From Schizosaccharomyces osmophilus (lineage: Eukaryota), in contig NC_079239.1 in the NCBI RefSeq assembly GCF_027921745.1, forward strand, positions 2,914,001 through 2,978,000: DNA of 64,000 nucleotides. Reading direction: 5' to 3'. The notes under the pieces are model-generated. The model saw only the letters and a list, made by a program, of their open reading frames with translations, searched no databases and had not been told where the DNA came from. This document shows positions 59,201 to 64,000 of this stretch, piece by piece. Numbering within the stretch: the first letter of the stretch is position 1; every line of letters starts with the position of its first letter. A program made the translations under genes and the position numbers.

Positions 59201-60157
59201 TTACATGATCACGCAGAGATTCTTAAGGCGAGGAAAACAGCAAGCAACCACTTCCTCAACAACTTTCTCTGTCTGGGGGTCGATACCTTGAACAGCGGCG
59301 GGCTGTTGCTGTGGCATTTGTTGTTGATGATGCTGGTAGGCAGATGCGTATGCAGGTTGAGGAGGATGTGGAGCGTCCCCGGAATGGGGAAGAGAGATAT
59401 AAATTCTTCCTTCATTCGGTTCGTGAGAATAACGGAAATTGTTTTGATCGAGCATTTGCATTACAGCTGGCTTCAACTTTTCTACATGATTCACGCTATG
59501 ATGGCCTTGGCCAACAATTCTGAAAAGAAAAGTTAATAACCTAGTCTTTTAGCCTAAAAAAATTTTCCATACACATGCAAATGGTCTTCTCCTCTCTGAA
59601 TAGAGTTATGAATTCTTTGCCGAACGGCTTGTACAGCTTCGTCCACGTAGAGACCATGCAAATCAATTTCATCTGGTTGGCATTGAGAATTCTTGTACTT
59701 ATAAATGGCGTAGGCAGCTTTTCTCGTTAGTGATATGTAACCAGTTTTGAACAAACAATTAAGAGCTGATATTCTCGACAAGAGAGATAAATCAAGTTAA
59801 AGGAAAATTATATTTTAATTGAATCCTTTTCGTACGGAATCAGCAAATCGGCCTGTTAAGCCTTTTAAAATCTAAACCTTCACCAGTCACTTCAAGGTGT
59901 AAAGTCAAGACTGAGAGCAAGAATTCTTCATACCTTTACGATTATATTCTTCCATTTTGTTTCCACATTCTTTCCCCTTCTGGCTTAGCTCGTGAGCTTC
60001 TGCCTTTTGCCCAGAGGCATAGGCGTGCTGGGCCTTTTGAAAAAAAAGACCTCTTTTTTCAGCCTGATCGCCAGCTAAATGTCTATAATTTTCATACTAA
60101 AGTTAATTAGCACCTATCTCTTTTAATTATCATGTTCTTTGTCCTTACATCCTCCAT
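59201..60157 (-). CDS. DUF1771 plus Smr-domain protein with C-terminal CaaX, 4 exons
   Basis: Exons 60157-60149, 60096-59934, 59717-59573, 59519-59201; motifs EIDLHGLYVDEA and LHVIVGQGHHS; ends CCFPRLKNLCVIM*. Confidence 0.87.
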
Positions 60158-60161
60158 CCCT

Positions 60162-60214
60162 ATTGTAAGAGGTATTGTATATAGAACAATGGAAAAGACA
60201 ATACCTCTTACAAT
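60162..60214. repeat. Perfect 17-bp inverted repeat with 19-nt spacer
   Basis: ATTGTAAGAGGTATTGT (60162-60178) and ACAATACCTCTTACAAT (60198-60214). Confidence 0.9.
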
Positions 60215-60637
60215 GGAGCTCAGGACAATGAATAGGTGAAAGTAAAGGTATAAATGACCATGCTCGGACAGAATATCTTCAATAGAAAGAAGAAATCTTC
60301 TTACTAGGTTAAGAAATTCATTGCGAATAGCGCTGCTGCTGCTGTTGGAATCGCTTGCTTGAAGATATTATTGTCTGTTAAGAAAAGCACAGGGACTGAT
60401 CAGCTTTCGTATATTCTTCCAATACATTTTCTTTTTTTGGGAATCTTTTTGAGTTCTAAGGATCTGTTATTGTTTACGCCTGAACATTGTTTGGAAATCG
60501 TTTGGTTACTTTTGGAATTTTGATTATATAGCGTCCGAGTGAATTGGCAGTTGGCAATTGTAACATTCTTTTGACTTTATATATACATACTTATCGAGTT
60601 TTCTAAGTCGACATCTTACTAAATTCCATTGATTAAA

Positions 60638-61684
60638 ATGAGGGAACCTTGGTGGAAAAACTATCATATTTTAAATGGGACTCAAATCCAAAATCAAAAC
60701 ATATCTATTTTGTCGACGCAGGGAAATATTGAGGTTCCTCTATCCATAATTGATGGAGACGAGCGTAACCGTATTCTAACAGGTATGACAATTTCTGTTC
60801 AATTAGCCTTGGGAGTGTTGATTATGGTGATGAGTATTCTCTTATCATCTCCTGAGAAAAGAAGGACCCCTGTATTTATTGTGAATTCTGCTAGTATCGT
60901 CTCTATGTGCATTCGCGCCATTTTAATGATTGTGAACTTGTGCAGCAGCAGTTATAGTCTTGCAGTTATGTATGGATTTGCTTTTGAGCTTGTTGGTCAA
61001 TATGTTCACGTATTTGATATTCTAGTTATGATCATCGGTACGATTATCATCGTTACGGCGGAAATTAGTATGCTCTTGCAAGTTCGTATCATATGTGCAC
61101 ACGACAGGAAGACTCAAAGAATTGTGACTTGTATTAGTTCTGCTTTATCTCTTATAGTAGTGGCTTTTTGGTTTACCGATATGTGTCAGCAAATCAAATA
61201 CCTTTTGTGGTTGACTCCATATAACAACCATCAGATTTCTGGATATTATTGGGTCTACTTTGTCGGCAAGATTCTTTTTGCTGTTAGCATCATCTTTCAC
61301 AGTGCAATCTTCTCGTACAAGCTGTTCCATGCGATACAGATTCGAAAGAAGATTGGTCAATTTCCTTTTGGCCCTATGCAGTGTATTTTAATTATTAGCT
61401 GCCAATGTCTATTCGTACCTGCTATCTTTACTATCGTCGATAGTTTTGTTCACACTTATAATGGCTTCAGTTCTATGACCCAATGTCTATTGATTATTTC
61501 GCTCCCGCTTTCCAGCTTATGGGCATCCAGCACAGCATTGAAGCTTCAAACTCTAAAGAGCACAACTTCTCCTGGTGATACGACACAGGTTTCCATCCGC
61601 GTGGATAGAACATACGACATTAAACGCATTCCTACTGAAGAGCTTTCCAGTGTTGATGAGACTGACCTCAAGAAATGGCCCTAA
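60638..61684 (+). CDS. mam2: P-factor pheromone receptor (Ste2-family GPCR)
   Basis: 7-TM pattern; MREPWWKNY, KRRTPVFIVN, QFPFGPMQCILIISCQCL, SLPLSSLWA. Confidence 0.95.
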   Translation: MREPWWKNYHILNGTQIQNQNISILSTQGNIEVPLSIIDGDERNRILTGMTISVQLALGVLIMVMSILLSSPEKRRTPVFIVNSASIVSMCIRAILMIVNLCSSSYSLAVMYGFAFELVGQYVHVFDILVMIIGTIIIVTAEISMLLQVRIICAHDRKTQRIVTCISSALSLIVVAFWFTDMCQQIKYLLWLTPYNNHQISGYYWVYFVGKILFAVSIIFHSAIFSYKLFHAIQIRKKIGQFPFGPMQCILIISCQCLFVPAIFTIVDSFVHTYNGFSSMTQCLLIISLPLSSLWASSTALKLQTLKSTTSPGDTTQVSIRVDRTYDIKRIPTEELSSVDETDLKKWP

Positions 61685-62884
61685 ATTGACTCTTTATGTT
61701 TTCCCATATCCTCTTTTTTATACACACACAACACAACCTTTTTCTCTTTTTTTTTTTGAATTTTGTAAAAGAGACTTTGCGATTCTACTTAGATTCATTG
61801 ATGTTGCTTAAGTTTTATGTGTCTTTCAAGTTACGAAAAATTTATGCAGGCTTATGAACCACTTTGTTCTAATTAACTTAATTTATATCTAATCTAATCT
61901 AATTTATTTTATTTTCTTACTTTAGTTCAATTCAGCTCAATTGTCTGTTGGTAATATGTGATGTGGTATGGGAGAAGTATCTAGCTAAAATCCGTAGTTA
62001 GGGAAATGATTCTTCCTTTCTGGGAGTAACTACTTGTTAGACTCAAAGCTGTTTGTTTTTTGACAGTGGAGATTCCTTGTGGCTTGGTGTTTGCTTCTCG
62101 TGCCTTCTACCTTGTATTTTTTGCTTCTCCGGCTTGATGAAAGTTCTTTATTTGGTTTCATTCTTTGTTGTCTTCGTTCGGTAGACTTTCCATGCATCAG
62201 CAAAGTCCTCAAATAGGCTGGTGCGAACCGTTCGTGAACATTTGCTACAGGGAATTGTTGAGTTTTCTCCTTAAGCTAACTGTCATACGGTCTATTCACC
62301 TTGAAATCTTGATTTTACTGCTTTTATTTTATTTCTATAGATGGCAACACTAAGTAACGATATAAGTGACATTTATTTTCTTATGGCTTATGATGATATT
62401 ATGGAAAAGCCTGTAGCTGTAGCTAAAGGCCTCCAAAATGGAATCCTGATCTTACTTGGTCCTTCATTGCGTATTGTTTACTTTTCCTTCTTCCATATTA
62501 AGCTACAAGTTTTGTTTTCATCGTTGCAGAAAAAGGAGGCATTACACATTAGAGGCCGCCTACTACGAATAACCATTTTCTCCACCTTCAAATCCTTATA
62601 ATAAATATGAGTCTTTTTCTCTGTGTTTTTTAGACCTTCTCCTTGTTCAAATCACATAGAAACTGTTGGTAAATAATCAATAAAAAAATTTTTTTTATTG
62701 ATTATTTACCAATGCAGTTGCGTTGGATAGCGTTATTAGAGTTTTAGTAAGTACCATGTAGTCTGGAAAGCCTCATTTACTCTCGCAATTTGATGGAGGA
62801 TGGAGTGACGATACTGAACGGTAGCATTCACATACCCTTTACCAACAAGAAGCCAAGTGTGTTTTGAAAAATTCGCCGTTCATT

Positions 62885-64000
62885 ATGGCATCTGCTCCCA
62901 TTGTATTAGATAATGGTACTGGATTTGTCAAGGTAAGGCTGATTTCCCAAAGTTGGAGGATATGCTGTGCTGACTGAAGAACAACGTAGGTCGGGTACGC
63001 CAAAGACAACTTTCCGCGTCATCAATTTCCTTCAATTGTAGGTAGACCAATTTTGCGTGCTGAAGAAAAAACAGGAGATATTCAAATTAAAGATGTTATG
63101 GTTGGTGATGAAGCAGAGGCTGTGAGATCACTGCTGCAAGTGAAGTATCCCATGGAAAATGGTATTATCCGTGATTTTGAAGAAATGAATAATTTGTGGG
63201 ATTATACGTTCCATGATAAACTAAAAATTGACACAAGTGGTCAAAAAATTCTGTTAACGGAACCTCCAATGAATCCTGTTGCGAATCGTGAAAAAATGTG
63301 CGAAACCATGTTTGAACGATACAACTTCGGCGGTGTGTATGTTGCCATTCAAGCAGTTTTGTCCCTTTATGCCCAGGGCTTGAGTAGTGGTGTGGTCGTT
63401 GATTCCGGTGACGGTGTCACACACGTTGTTCCTGTCTACGAAAGTGTTGTCCTGAATCACCTTGTTGGTCGTTTGGACGTTGCAGGAAGAGACGCTACTC
63501 GCTACCTTATCAATTTGCTTTTGCGAAAAGGATATGCTTTTAACCGTACCGCGGATTTTGAAACGGTTCGTGAAATGAAAGAAAAACTTTGTTATGTCAG
63601 TTACGATCTCGAGCTTGATCACAAGCTCAGTGAAGAGACCACTGTTTTGATGCGTAACTATACTTTGCCAGATGGACGTGTCATTAAAGTGGGCTCGGAA
63701 CGTTTTGAATGTCCCGAATGCTTATTCCAACCTCATCTTGTTGGTAGCGAACAACCCGGCTTAAGTGAATTTATTTTCGATACGATCCAAGCCGCTGATG
63801 TTGATGTGCGCAAGTATCTGTACCGTGCTATTGTTCTTTCAGGTGGTAGCAGTATGTACGCTGGCTTGCCTTCTCGACTGGAAAAAGAGATTAAGCAGCT
63901 CTGGTTTGATCGTGTGCTTCACGGTGATCCATCTCGTTTGCCAAACTTCAAGGTGAAAATTGAAGATGCTCCTCGCCGTCGCCATGCTGTATTTATCGGT
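62885..64000 (+). CDS. arp2: Actin-related protein Arp2, 5' part; runs off the window edge
   Basis: [16 protein letters not shown]; intron 62933-62989; [43 protein letters not shown]. Confidence 0.96.

Noticed and set aside
61685..62884. Small gene expected between mam2 and arp2 (S. pombe fta6 position); short ORFs 62030-62212 and 62341-62601
   Set aside because: I could not build a convincing gene model or recognise homology; TBLASTN is needed.
1..64000. Transposon LTRs, wtf elements, CRISPR arrays or prokaryotic systems
   Set aside because: No LTR-like direct repeats, transposase or reverse-transcriptase ORFs, or repeat-spacer arrays were seen; the window is ordinary fission-yeast euchromatin.

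Overview
Eukaryotic, intron-containing, gene-dense DNA from a fission yeast. Protein similarity and gene order match Schizosaccharomyces pombe chromosome I, but the sequences are diverged, so this is most likely an S. octosporus/cryophilus/osmophilus-clade species (inference). About 30 housekeeping, mating and cell-cycle genes can be reconstructed by hand-splicing: gyp7 (partial), aap1, pdc1, erg4, adf1, fmp40/SelO, hus1, hri1, fus1, caf16, shf1, plc1, sap145, rrp16, sec24, rtf1, saf3, cox24, ypa2, phb1, qcr8, rex3, clp1, nhp2, met14, a DUF423 gene, sst6, a mug162-like gene, an Smr-domain gene, mam2 and arp2 (partial). There are also two tRNA genes, Ala-CGC with an intron and Cys-GCA. No mobile elements or CRISPR arrays were seen. 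The most notable unexplained signals are: (1) a ~1.35 kb helix-rich, ORF-free region between caf16 and shf1 with a telomere-template-like motif, a candidate long structured ncRNA, possibly telomerase RNA; (2) a candidate spliced 60-aa microprotein gene between adf1 and fmp40; (3) a 17-bp perfect inverted repeat built from HMG-box cores between the Smr gene and mam2; (4) long self-folding introns in adf1 and qcr8; (5) a 5'UTR intron in sap145 that removes in-frame upstream ATGs. Gene names come from recalled similarity to S. pombe proteins; no database searches were run.
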